This document shows, piece after piece, positions 18,070 to 26,839 of a DNA stretch of 64,000 nt. Origin of the DNA: Bryobacterales bacterium (GTDB taxonomy: Bacteria > Acidobacteriota > Terriglobia > Bryobacterales > UBA6623); assembly GCA_028819255.1 (NCBI GenBank), contig JAPPMB010000147.1, forward strand, positions 80,031-144,030. The letters are read 5' to 3'. Numbering within the stretch: the stretch's first letter is position 1; the number at the start of each line of letters is the position of its first letter. The position numbers were made by a program, and so were the translations under genes. The notes beneath the pieces are model-generated. The model was not told where the DNA came from and did not search any database. It saw only the letters and a program-made list of their open reading frames with translations.

Positions 18070-19536
18070 CTACCGCATCGCGAGCTCGGATTCTTCAACG
18101 ACGATGGGCCGGGAAGCGATCAGATCCCCCGCGCTCAGGCCGGCTCCCACAACGGCTTCCGTATCGCTGACGGACACGAGTTCCACGGGACGTCTCACGA
18201 ACTCGTCTCCGGATCCCTTCACCCACACGGCCGGCTGGCCGTCGGAGTGATCCAGGCTGGCTCGGGGAACCACGAGCACATTCTCCAGCTCCTCGATGAT
18301 GACGTCGCCCGAAGCCGACAGATCAGGCTGGATGCGCTCGTCGCTCGCAAGGATCTCGATTTCCACGGGAACCTGCTTGATCCACTCGCCGCGCGATCCC
18401 GAGGATCCCGGTGGGCCGCGGCGGCCCCCGCCGCCCCCGCCGCCAGACACGGCCATCGCGCCGACGGAGCTGACGCGTCCCTCGAACACGACGTCCGGAT
18501 AGGCGTCGAGCTGGACCTTGACCGGAACTCCTAGCCGAACCAGCTGGCTGTCCGCCTGGTTCAGGTTGGCGAACACAGCCATGTTCGACAGATCGACCAC
18601 CCGCATGAAGAAGGCTCCGCCATAGATCTGGTCTCCGGGTGAAGCCTGTTGGAAGTTCCCCCGCTGGAACATCGTCTCGATCACGACCAGACCGCCCACA
18701 GGCGTCCGAATCCGCATCTTCTCAAGGTCGGAACTCGTCCGGTCCATGCGCTTCTGGTCCTGCTCGACCGTCAGGTCCAGGCTCCGCGATTCCGCCTCGT
18801 TGGCAAGCTCCTGCAGTTCCACCTCTCTCCTGAGCTGGTCCGTGGAGGCTCGGCCCTCCTGTGCCATGAGATCGAAGATCTCGGCCTGAATCGCGGACCT
18901 CACCTCGGCCGTCTGCAGGTCCAGCTCGGACTTCTCCGCCTCGGACTTCGTTGTCCTGAAGTCCTGCCGAAGCGTCTCGGTGGCGATCAGGATCTCCGCC
19001 TTCCGGGTGCCCGCCTCGGCTCTCGTCTGGGCCAGCATGGAGGAATACGTGTCGAGCTTGTCCTGCGTGTCCTTGGACTCGAACTCTGCGACCACTTCCC
19101 CCGCCTGGACGACGGTGCCCGCTTCGGCAAGCGTCTGGATCGTCAGCGAAGATCCGCCTCCGCGGTCCCGTCCGCCGCGCATGCGGGGAGCGCGGATCAT
19201 TGCGAAATTGGTCGCACCGACCGTGCCGCCGATCCGAATCGAACGCCGGAAGTCCCGCTTCTCGGCCACGACCGTTGCGACCGCCGATGGCGCGGCCACT
19301 GCCTGGTCGACGCCCGAAGACCGGGTGGACTGGAACACGCCAAGACCCACGGCCGCTCCTAGGACGACCAAAACGCCGACACCCCAAGGCGGCAGGCCGG
19401 GTTTTTCCGCCTGCGGGTCGGGAACGACTTGCGGACCGGGTCCCGGTCCCGGCTCGGCTTGAGGCGCCGGTTGCGCGGACGCAAAGAACCGAGGCACCGT
19501 CAGCCACGAAAGGGGTGTATGTGCAGCATCTTGCAT
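18070..19536 (-). CDS. HlyD/MacA-family membrane fusion protein (periplasmic adaptor)
   Basis: It has an N-terminal anchor, a lipoyl-like hairpin (GTVVQAGEVVAEFESKD), a long coiled coil and a beta-barrel part (IRTPVGGLVVIE). A Gly/Arg-rich insert is present (GGGGGGRRGPPGSSGSRG). Confidence 0.8.
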   Translation of the reverse strand: MQDAAHTPLSWLTVPRFFASAQPAPQAEPGPGPGPQVVPDPQAEKPGLPPWGVGVLVVLGAAVGLGVFQSTRSSGVDQAVAAPSAVATVVAEKRDFRRSIRIGGTVGATNFAMIRAPRMRGGRDRGGGSSLTIQTLAEAGTVVQAGEVVAEFESKDTQDKLDTYSSMLAQTRAEAGTRKAEILIATETLRQDFRTTKSEAEKSELDLQTAEVRSAIQAEIFDLMAQEGRASTDQLRREVELQELANEAESRSLDLTVEQDQKRMDRTSSDLEKMRIRTPVGGLVVIETMFQRGNFQQASPGDQIYGGAFFMRVVDLSNMAVFANLNQADSQLVRLGVPVKVQLDAYPDVVFEGRVSSVGAMAVSGGGGGGGRRGPPGSSGSRGEWIKQVPVEIEILASDERIQPDLSASGDVIIEELENVLVVPRASLDHSDGQPAVWVKGSGDEFVRRPVELVSVSDTEAVVGAGLSAGDLIASRPIVVEESELAMR

Positions 19537-19935
19537 GATTGCTTCCGACCAGCCCTAGGTCTTCAAAAGTATAAGGCGATTCTGATACGCCTTGGTTATG
19601 GGACCTGTGCCGCCTTTCGCCCGTGAACGTCACGTTGCGCACACACGCACAGACGGGTTTCCGGATTCCCCGGCACGCGGCGCGGACCGCATGCTTGCCG
19701 GGGACCCCCCGGGGACGTTCCTGCGCAGTGCGGACCGCACAGTCCCGGGGTGCCGGGTGCGCGGCGCACCCGGCGATGGTGCCACAATGAGTAGGCCTGA
19801 GTGCATGACCCGTCCGCGTTGCGCTCGACGGAGGTTCGCGCTCCTACCCGGCTATCAGCACTCTTCGCGGGCACGTCCCGCGGCCAGAAAGCACGCCCCA
19901 TGCCCACCCAGCTCCCGCGTCCACCCTGCCGTTCC

Positions 19936-21798
19936 ATGGACTCTCGCCTGTTGGCCGTCGCGGTGCTTGCGGCGGTTCTCGTCCCGCTCCCGCTCCTGGC
20001 CACTCCCGCCGAGCGGCAATCCGAGGCTGTTGAGCGATACATGGAGCACGTGCGGTTCCTTGCCTCTCCCGAGATGCGCGGGCGAGGGCCCGGCATGCCC
20101 GAACTCGATGAGGCGGCGGACTACATCGCCGGACGGTTCCGCGAACTTGGGCTGCAGCCCGCCGGCGACGACGGCAGCTTCCTGCAACCGTTCGAGGTGA
20201 CGACCGGCGCAAACATGGGGCAAGGCAACTCCATGCGGGTTGAGCGGCCCCGCGGCGTGAGCGAGCTCGAGGTGGGCAAGGACTTCATTCCCATCAACTT
20301 CTCCGCCAGCGGAGAGGTCGAGGGCGAGGTCGTCTTCGCCGGGTACGGCGCCTCGGCGGAGGAACTCGGCTACGACGACTACTTTCACTTCGACGTCACG
20401 GACAAGATCGTTCTCGTCCTTCGCTACGAGCCCGACTTCTTTCGCGAAGAAGATGACGGCGAGGGAGACAGGGGCGACAGCGAGCGCGGGCGCCGCTACA
20501 CGCGTCACGCGCACCTGATCGCGAAGGCGATCCAGGCCCGCAATCGAGGCGCGAGGGCGGTCCTGGTCGTAGACGGCCGGACGCGGGGAAGGTCTAGGGA
20601 CCGGCTGATTCGCTTCGGAAGCGTCTCCGGCCCGACCGACGCGGGCATTCCGATGGTTCAGGTCCGAAGGGAGGTTGCCGAGCGGTGGCTCAGGGGATCG
20701 GGCCGGTCGCTCCGCCTGCTGCGAAGGGACATCGAGGAGTCCAGGCGACCCCAGACCTTCAATCTCGCGTCATCCTTGCGGATCAGGCTGTCTGTGGATG
20801 TCGAGCACGAGCGCGCAACCGTGAGCAACGTCGCCGCCTACCTTCCCGGCTCGACCCCGGACTACGTCGTGCTCGGCGCTCACTACGACCACCTCGGCCT
20901 TGGAGGCGAGAACTCGCTCTCCCCGTCGAGCGTCGGCAAGGTCCATCCGGGCGCGGACGACAACGCCTCCGGCGTCGCGGCGATTCTGGAGTTCGCCCGC
21001 ACCCGCTCCGCCCGCGGCGAAGAGCCGCGCCACGGCCTGCTCTTCCTCGCGTTCGCGGCCGAGGAGATCGGGCTGCTCGGATCCGGTCACTGGGTGGACA
21101 ACCCGACGCTGCCGCTCGAGAACGCCGTGGCCATGCTGAACTTCGACATGGTCGGCAGGATCCAGAACCGCAAGCTGTATGTCGGGGGCGTCGGCACCGC
21201 CGGGCCGTTCGCCGATCTTGTCGAGCAGGCAGCCTCCGAGCACGAGCTGAAGGTCGACAAGTCCCGCAGCGCCTCCAGCTCCAGCGACCACACTTCGTTC
21301 TCGGCAAAGAAGATCCCTGTCCTGTTTTTCTTCTCGGGGCTGCACTCCGACTATCACAAGCCCGGCGACACTCCCGACAAGATCAACGGCGAGGCCGCTG
21401 TTGATCTGCTCGGCGTCGCCGACCGCATCGTCCACGGCATCGAGGCCTTGGACGATCGCCTGGCGTTCGTCGACAAGGCGCCGGAGTCCGGCCACGGCCG
21501 TCCGTCCGGAGACGGGGCGAGCAGCGGCGGCTACGGACCCTGGTTCGGCTCGATCCCGGACTTCGGAGAGGTGCCCAGCGGCGTCAAGTTCGCTGACGTG
21601 CGCACCGGGTCCCCGGCGGCGCTGGCCGGTCTCCGCGGCGGAGACATCCTGACCCACTGGAACGACGCGCCGATCACGAACCTCTACGACTTCACCTACG
21701 CCCTTCGGGACTCCGAGGTCGGCGAGGTTGTCAGGGTCCGCGTGCTGCGCGACGGCGAGGAAGTCAGGTCGGAAGTGACCTTGGCGGAGCGTCCGTGA
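19936..21798 (+). CDS. M28-family aminopeptidase with C-terminal PDZ domain
   Basis: It has a signal peptide (MDSRLLAVAVLAAVLVPLPLLA) and M28 metal-site motifs (GAHYDHLG, HPGADDNASGVAAILE, LFLAFAAEEIGLLGS, SDHTSF). The PDZ-like end is GSPAALAGLRGGDILTHWND. The start (19900 or 19936) is uncertain. Confidence 0.85.
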   Translation: MDSRLLAVAVLAAVLVPLPLLATPAERQSEAVERYMEHVRFLASPEMRGRGPGMPELDEAADYIAGRFRELGLQPAGDDGSFLQPFEVTTGANMGQGNSMRVERPRGVSELEVGKDFIPINFSASGEVEGEVVFAGYGASAEELGYDDYFHFDVTDKIVLVLRYEPDFFREEDDGEGDRGDSERGRRYTRHAHLIAKAIQARNRGARAVLVVDGRTRGRSRDRLIRFGSVSGPTDAGIPMVQVRREVAERWLRGSGRSLRLLRRDIEESRRPQTFNLASSLRIRLSVDVEHERATVSNVAAYLPGSTPDYVVLGAHYDHLGLGGENSLSPSSVGKVHPGADDNASGVAAILEFARTRSARGEEPRHGLLFLAFAAEEIGLLGSGHWVDNPTLPLENAVAMLNFDMVGRIQNRKLYVGGVGTAGPFADLVEQAASEHELKVDKSRSASSSSDHTSFSAKKIPVLFFFSGLHSDYHKPGDTPDKINGEAAVDLLGVADRIVHGIEALDDRLAFVDKAPESGHGRPSGDGASSGGYGPWFGSIPDFGEVPSGVKFADVRTGSPAALAGLRGGDILTHWNDAPITNLYDFTYALRDSEVGEVVRVRVLRDGEEVRSEVTLAERP

Positions 21799-21853
21799 GC
21801 TTGGGCGCCGGGCTGCGCGGTCCGGCAGTCCCGGCACGCGGTCGGAACCTGGA

Positions 21854-22636
21854 ATGGCGGCGTCGCGGGCAGTCGCGAATCTTCTCTGGCAACTGGCGCT
21901 GCGCGACTTCAGGCAGCGCTTCGTCGGATCCATCCTGGGCTGGCTCTGGGTCGTCGTGCATCCGCTGGTGCTTCTGGGCGTCTACACGTTCCTGTTCCAG
22001 TACGCCTTCGGTGCGCGGCTGCCCAGCGAAGAGGCCACCGGGAGCTACCCGCTCTTTCTTCTGAGCGGGCTGCTGCCCTGGCTGCTCCTGTCCGAGACAC
22101 TCTCCCGCTCCGCAGGTTCGCTGACCGAGCATGCCGCGCTCATCCGGCGGACCGTGTTTCCCTCCGAGGCGGTACCGGCCAGCATCCTGGCCTCGACGGC
22201 CCTCGGCCACCTGATCGCGCTGGCCGCGCTGCTGGCCGCGGCGGTTCTTCTGGGCCAGGTTCCCAAAGGCTCGCTGGCGCTGCTGCCGGTGTGGCTGGGA
22301 CTGCTTGCGCTGCTGACTCTGGGGCTGTCCTGGATCGCCGCGGCGCTGCATGTGTATCTCCGCGACACCGCACACGTCCTCCGGATCATCCTGATCGGCT
22401 GGTTCTGGGCGACGCCGGTGTTTCTCCCGGAAGCCTTCTACAGGGAACGGTTCGGCGCCGTGCTCGAATGGAACCCCGCCAGGTACGCAGTCCTCGGCTA
22501 TCGCAGCGCCATCCTGGGAGGAGAGCCCCCGAGCCTGTCCCAGGCGGCATCGCTCCTTGCATTCGCCGTCGCCGCATTCTTCGCGGGCGGGCTCCTGTTC
22601 CGCCACGCGAGGAAGGGCTTTCCGGATGTCATCTAG
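21854..22636 (+). CDS. ABC-2 type polysaccharide/O-antigen export permease (Wzm/TagG-like)
   Basis: The typical N-terminus LLWQLALRDFRQRFVGSILGWLWVVVHPLVLLGVYTFLF is followed by six hydrophobic segments. Confidence 0.85.
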   Translation: MAASRAVANLLWQLALRDFRQRFVGSILGWLWVVVHPLVLLGVYTFLFQYAFGARLPSEEATGSYPLFLLSGLLPWLLLSETLSRSAGSLTEHAALIRRTVFPSEAVPASILASTALGHLIALAALLAAAVLLGQVPKGSLALLPVWLGLLALLTLGLSWIAAALHVYLRDTAHVLRIILIGWFWATPVFLPEAFYRERFGAVLEWNPARYAVLGYRSAILGGEPPSLSQAASLLAFAVAAFFAGGLLFRHARKGFPDVI

Positions 22637-22728
22637 CGTGGCGCGGCGATCGAGCCTCCGGACGCGCTGATCCGTCCCGGGTCCATTAAGATAAGGGCGG
22701 GCGGCGCCGAGCCCGACGTTTCCCAGTC

Positions 22729-24018
22729 TTGGCCAGGATCGCATTCAACTCGGTCTCAAAGAGCTACTCCTCGTACCCCCGCCCCTCAGACCGGCTGCGC
22801 GAGCTTTTCCGGCCAGGGCATGCCGCCGGACCGGCCAGGTTCCAGGCGCTGCAAGAGGTCTCCTTCGAGGTCGGGGCCGGCGAGACGCTCTGCGTGATCG
22901 GTGCGAACGGCTCCGGGAAGAGCACCTCGCTGCAGATCGCGGCGCGCATCCTGCGCCCGACCAGCGGGACCGTCGAAATCGAGGGCCGCGTTTCCGCACT
23001 GCTGGACCTCGGTGCGGGATTCCATCCGGAATTCACCGGACGCGAGAACGTCCGCCTCTGCGCCGCGCTGCACGGGCTGTCGAACCGGGACACGAGGGCG
23101 CGACTCCCCGAGATCGAGGCCTTCGCCGAGATCGGCGAATTCATCGACCGGCCCGTCAGGACATACTCCAGCGGAATGCTCGTGCGGCTCGCCTTCGCGG
23201 CCGCGATCAGCATGGAGCCCGAGATCCTGCTCGTCGATGAGGCCCTCGCGGTGGGGGACTACTACTTTCGCCAGCGCTGCATGCGGAGGGTTCACGAGCT
23301 CCGGGCCCAGGGCGTTACGATTCTGTTCGTGTCCCACTCCATGGCGGACGTGCAGGCGCTCGGCACCCGGGCCCTCTGGCTGGATCGGGGTCGAGTGGCC
23401 GGTCAGGGGGATCCGGCGACGGTCGTCCGCAACTACCTGGCGCGGATGAAGCTGAAGGACCGCGAGTCTTCGGCCGAACCGCGCGGCGCTCGGGAACCTT
23501 CTTCAGCCGTCGCCGAAGGGGTGCCGAATGTGGACCGCCGCTTCGGCACGCGAAGAGCCGAAGTGACCGGCATCGCAGTGCTGGACGCGAGCGCGAGGCC
23601 CGTACGGTCGCTCGCACCCAGCCAGACCGCCATCGTGCGGATTTCGGCGCGGGCCAGGGACCGGATCGAGAGGCCGAACATCGGTTTCATGCTGCGGAAC
23701 CACCTGGGGATCGACTTTGCCGGCACCAACACCGTGCGCGAGGGACTCGCGCTGGAACCGATGCGGCCGGGCGAGGTGCGCACGGTGGACTTTCACATCG
23801 ACCTCCCGGAACTCCATGCCGGATCGTTCTCCTTCGCTCCGGCCGTCGCCGACGGAGGGCTTGCGGACTACGAGATCTGCGACTGGATCGACAACGCGCT
23901 CGCGCTACCGATGGAACGCGGCGCGGGCGAGGTGTACGGATACATGCACTTGCCTTGCCGTGTCGAGGTCGGCCGGCAGCCCTCTCCGGCCGCGAAGCCC
24001 CGGACGGAGGCCCCGTGA
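22729..24018 (+). CDS. polysaccharide export ABC ATPase with C-terminal Wzt-type carbohydrate-binding domain
   Basis: Walker A GANGSGKST, signature YSSGMLVRLAFA and Walker B LLVDEALAVGD are present. A ~160-aa beta-rich C-terminal extension is as in Wzt/TagH. The start is TTG. Confidence 0.85.
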   Translation: MARIAFNSVSKSYSSYPRPSDRLRELFRPGHAAGPARFQALQEVSFEVGAGETLCVIGANGSGKSTSLQIAARILRPTSGTVEIEGRVSALLDLGAGFHPEFTGRENVRLCAALHGLSNRDTRARLPEIEAFAEIGEFIDRPVRTYSSGMLVRLAFAAAISMEPEILLVDEALAVGDYYFRQRCMRRVHELRAQGVTILFVSHSMADVQALGTRALWLDRGRVAGQGDPATVVRNYLARMKLKDRESSAEPRGAREPSSAVAEGVPNVDRRFGTRRAEVTGIAVLDASARPVRSLAPSQTAIVRISARARDRIERPNIGFMLRNHLGIDFAGTNTVREGLALEPMRPGEVRTVDFHIDLPELHAGSFSFAPAVADGGLADYEICDWIDNALALPMERGAGEVYGYMHLPCRVEVGRQPSPAAKPRTEAP

Positions 24019-26381
24019 GTACGGCGCGAAGATGGCTGGCGGCTCTCGCCGCCGCCGGCTTTATCGTCTTTCTCGCCCCTGCGTTGCTGCTCGCGCTTGT
24101 GCTCCTCTTCGTGCTCGCTGATCTGGCTTCGCTGTTCGCCCGTCGCCGGCGGCGCGGTCCCGACCGCGAAGTGTCCAAGCGCGCTGTGAGCGTGGTTATT
24201 CCGACTTGGAACGGCAGAAAGCCGCTGGCCCGGAACCTCCCTTCCGTGGTCGAGGCGCTCTCGGGAAACCCGGAGCACGAGATCCTCGTGATGGAGAACG
24301 GCTCCGACGACGGGTCCGCCGAGTTTCTCGCCCGGGAGTTCCCGTCCGTCCGCGTGGTCGAGCTGGGATCGAACCTGGGCTTTGGTCGGGCCTGCAATGC
24401 CGGACTGACCCTCGCCCGACACGACGTAGCGGTGCTGCTCAACAACGACATGCGGGTCGAGCCGGACTTCCTCGAGCCGCTGATCGACGGATTCCGCGAT
24501 CCGAGGGTCTTCGCGGTCACCGCCCAGATTCGCTTCGCGGACCCCTCGAAGCGCCGGGAGGAGACGGGACTGACGGCGGGCCGCTGGCACCGGGGCCGGA
24601 TCCATCTTCGGCATGTGGCCGACGACAGGGTCGACGAGCTGTTCCCCACCTTCTACGCCGGGGGGGGCTCCTCGGCCTACGACCGGCTCAAGATCCTGGA
24701 GCTGGGCGGCTTCGACGAGCTGCTCGAGCCGTTCTACATGGAGGACGTGGATCTGTCCTACATGGCGTGGAAGCGCGGCTGGCTCAACTTCTACGCCCCG
24801 GCCAGCGTCGTTCATCACGAGCACCGGGGCACGATCGGCAAGCACTTCAGCGAGCAGTCCATCCAGCGCGTGCTCCAGAGGAACCGCCTCCTGTTCATGT
24901 GGAAGAACATGCACCACTGGCGGCTGCTCCTCACCCACCTCGGCTGGCTGTACGCCGACCTGTGGGTGTCGCTGCTCGCCGGGCCGTCTCCTGCGAGGCC
25001 GGGCATGGCATCGTTCCTGGACGCGATGCGCAGGTCGCTCCGCGCGGCAGGTCGGCGCACTTCGGCGCGCCGCCTGTCCGTGATCCCCGACATGGAGGCT
25101 CTGCGCAGGCCTTTGGGCGGCTTCTTTCGCGACCGCTACCACCGTCTGCAGGCCAAGTCCGAGGAGGACCTGAACGTCCTCTTCGTGTCGCCGTACCCGA
25201 TCGAGCCGCCCACGCACGGCGGCGCGGTGTTCATGAAGCTGGCGGTCGAGGGACTCGCCGCGCGGTGCAACCTGCATCTGCTCTGCCTCACCGAGGGGGA
25301 GGAGGACGAGCGGGCGCACGCCGAAATCGCCCCGGCATGCAGGAGCACGGAGTTCGTCCCGCACGACCCTCGCCGGCACCGTGGAGCACCCCTGATCTGG
25401 CCCCATGCGGCGCAGTCCTACTGGAATCCGGACCTTCACTGGCGGATTCATCGCGCCATCCTGAAGCACCGCATCGACATCGTGCAGATCGAGTACGCGC
25501 AGCTGGCGTCCTACGGAGAGAGATTCCACCAGGTCGTGTGCTGCCTCTTCGAGCACGACCTGCACTACCAGTCGGTGCAGCGGAGCATCCTGGCCCGCGG
25601 TCCCGACGCGCTGCGGCATGGGTACGAGTACCTCCGGGCGCTGCGGTTCGAGCTCAGGATGCTGCCGCGGTTCGACGCCGTTCAGGTGTGCAGCCGCGAG
25701 CAGCGCCTGGCGCTGCAAGGCCTGCTCGGCGAGTCGCCGCCCGTGCTGGACAATCTGCGGGCGGCCATCGACGCGGACAGCTATCCGTGTCCTCGGAACG
25801 ATCGCGAGCCCGACACGATCCTGTTCGTCGGCAACTTCCGGCATCCGCCGAATCTGGGAGGGCTAACGTTTCTCCGCGAGGAAGTGATGCCGCTGGTGCG
25901 AGAGCGACGGCCGGGGGCGCGGCTGGTCGTCGTCGGCGCCGACGCTCCCGAATGGCTGGCCGCGACGCTCAACGACGACGGCCTGGAGTTCCTTGGCGCC
26001 GTGCCCGAGATCCGGAGAGTGCTGGCTCGGTACGCGGTTCTTGCTGCGCCGATTCTCTCGGGTTCGGGCATCCGCGTGAAGATCCTGGAGGCGTTCGCCT
26101 GCGGCATCCCGGTGGTGTCGACGACGCTCGGCGCCGAGGGTCTGCGCGCGCAGGAAGCGGGAACGGCCGCGATCGGGGACCGGCCGGAGGCCTTTGCCCT
26201 TGCCGTCGTGCGACTCCTCTCGAACCCGCCACGGGCGGAGGCGATGGCGCGGGCCGCCCGCCGTGCCGTGGTGCGCGACTGGAACGGTCGGCGGACCGTC
26301 TCCCGCCTGCTCTCCCACTACGGGGCGGAACTCGAGACGAAGCTACTTTCGCGACTCGCGCGCCCCTTGCCGTTGCGCTGA
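24015..26381 (+). CDS. bifunctional glycosyltransferase (N-terminal TM plus GT2 domain fused to GT4/GT1 domain)
   Basis: The GTG overlaps the Wzt stop (GTGA). The GT2 part reads VSVVIPTWNG...VMENGSDDGS...NLGFGRACNAG...LNNDM. The GT4 part reads VLFVSPYPIEPPTHGG...ILFVGNFRHPPN...GIRVKILEAFACGIPVVST. Confidence 0.85.
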   Translation: MSTARRWLAALAAAGFIVFLAPALLLALVLLFVLADLASLFARRRRRGPDREVSKRAVSVVIPTWNGRKPLARNLPSVVEALSGNPEHEILVMENGSDDGSAEFLAREFPSVRVVELGSNLGFGRACNAGLTLARHDVAVLLNNDMRVEPDFLEPLIDGFRDPRVFAVTAQIRFADPSKRREETGLTAGRWHRGRIHLRHVADDRVDELFPTFYAGGGSSAYDRLKILELGGFDELLEPFYMEDVDLSYMAWKRGWLNFYAPASVVHHEHRGTIGKHFSEQSIQRVLQRNRLLFMWKNMHHWRLLLTHLGWLYADLWVSLLAGPSPARPGMASFLDAMRRSLRAAGRRTSARRLSVIPDMEALRRPLGGFFRDRYHRLQAKSEEDLNVLFVSPYPIEPPTHGGAVFMKLAVEGLAARCNLHLLCLTEGEEDERAHAEIAPACRSTEFVPHDPRRHRGAPLIWPHAAQSYWNPDLHWRIHRAILKHRIDIVQIEYAQLASYGERFHQVVCCLFEHDLHYQSVQRSILARGPDALRHGYEYLRALRFELRMLPRFDAVQVCSREQRLALQGLLGESPPVLDNLRAAIDADSYPCPRNDREPDTILFVGNFRHPPNLGGLTFLREEVMPLVRERRPGARLVVVGADAPEWLAATLNDDGLEFLGAVPEIRRVLARYAVLAAPILSGSGIRVKILEAFACGIPVVSTTLGAEGLRAQEAGTAAIGDRPEAFALAVVRLLSNPPRAEAMARAARRAVVRDWNGRRTVSRLLSHYGAELETKLLSRLARPLPLR

Positions 26382-26455
26382 CCGGGGCGGGCGGATGTTG
26401 AGCGCCGGCGCCCGAAGTGTGACGATAGATGCCAAGCGGGCTAGGAGGATCCGAC

Positions 26456-26794
26456 ATGCAACAGAGTAACGACAGCCCCTACATGATCGCGTTCTGCACC
26501 TGTCCACCCGACAAGGCGGCGGACATCGCCCACGTCCTGGTGCGCAAGCGGGTCTGTGCCTGCGTCAACGTCGTGCCCCGCATGCTGTCGGTCTACACCT
26601 GGAAGGGAAGCGTCGAGGAGGACGACGAGTCGCTGCTCGTGATCAAGACCCGCGCGGACCGTCTCGACGCCCTGGAGAGCGCCGTGGCCGAGGTCCATCC
26701 CTACGAGGTCTTCGAACTCGTGGCCTGCCGGCTGGAATCGGGCAGCCAGCCATACCTGCGCTGGATGGACGCCTGCCTCGGCCCGCAAGGGTAG
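26456..26794 (+). CDS. cutA: divalent-cation tolerance protein CutA
   Basis: CutA1 pattern is present: CTCPPDKAADIAHVLVRKRVCACVNVVPRMLSVYTWKGSVEEDDESLLVIKT...HPYEVFE. Confidence 0.85.
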   Translation: MQQSNDSPYMIAFCTCPPDKAADIAHVLVRKRVCACVNVVPRMLSVYTWKGSVEEDDESLLVIKTRADRLDALESAVAEVHPYEVFELVACRLESGSQPYLRWMDACLGPQG

Positions 26795-26839
26795 CCCGGG
26801 TTCCCGTCACCCGATCGGCATCCCGGCGGAACGGGCGGG

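Noticed and set aside
23868-25844. 658-aa minus-strand ORF, and the 731-aa alternative-frame plus ORF 24206..26401, overlapping the glycosyltransferase gene
   Set aside because: The translations are Arg/Pro/Gly/Ala-rich low-complexity strings typical of off-frame reading of high-GC coding DNA. The third frame (24015..26381) carries clear GT2 and GT4 motifs.
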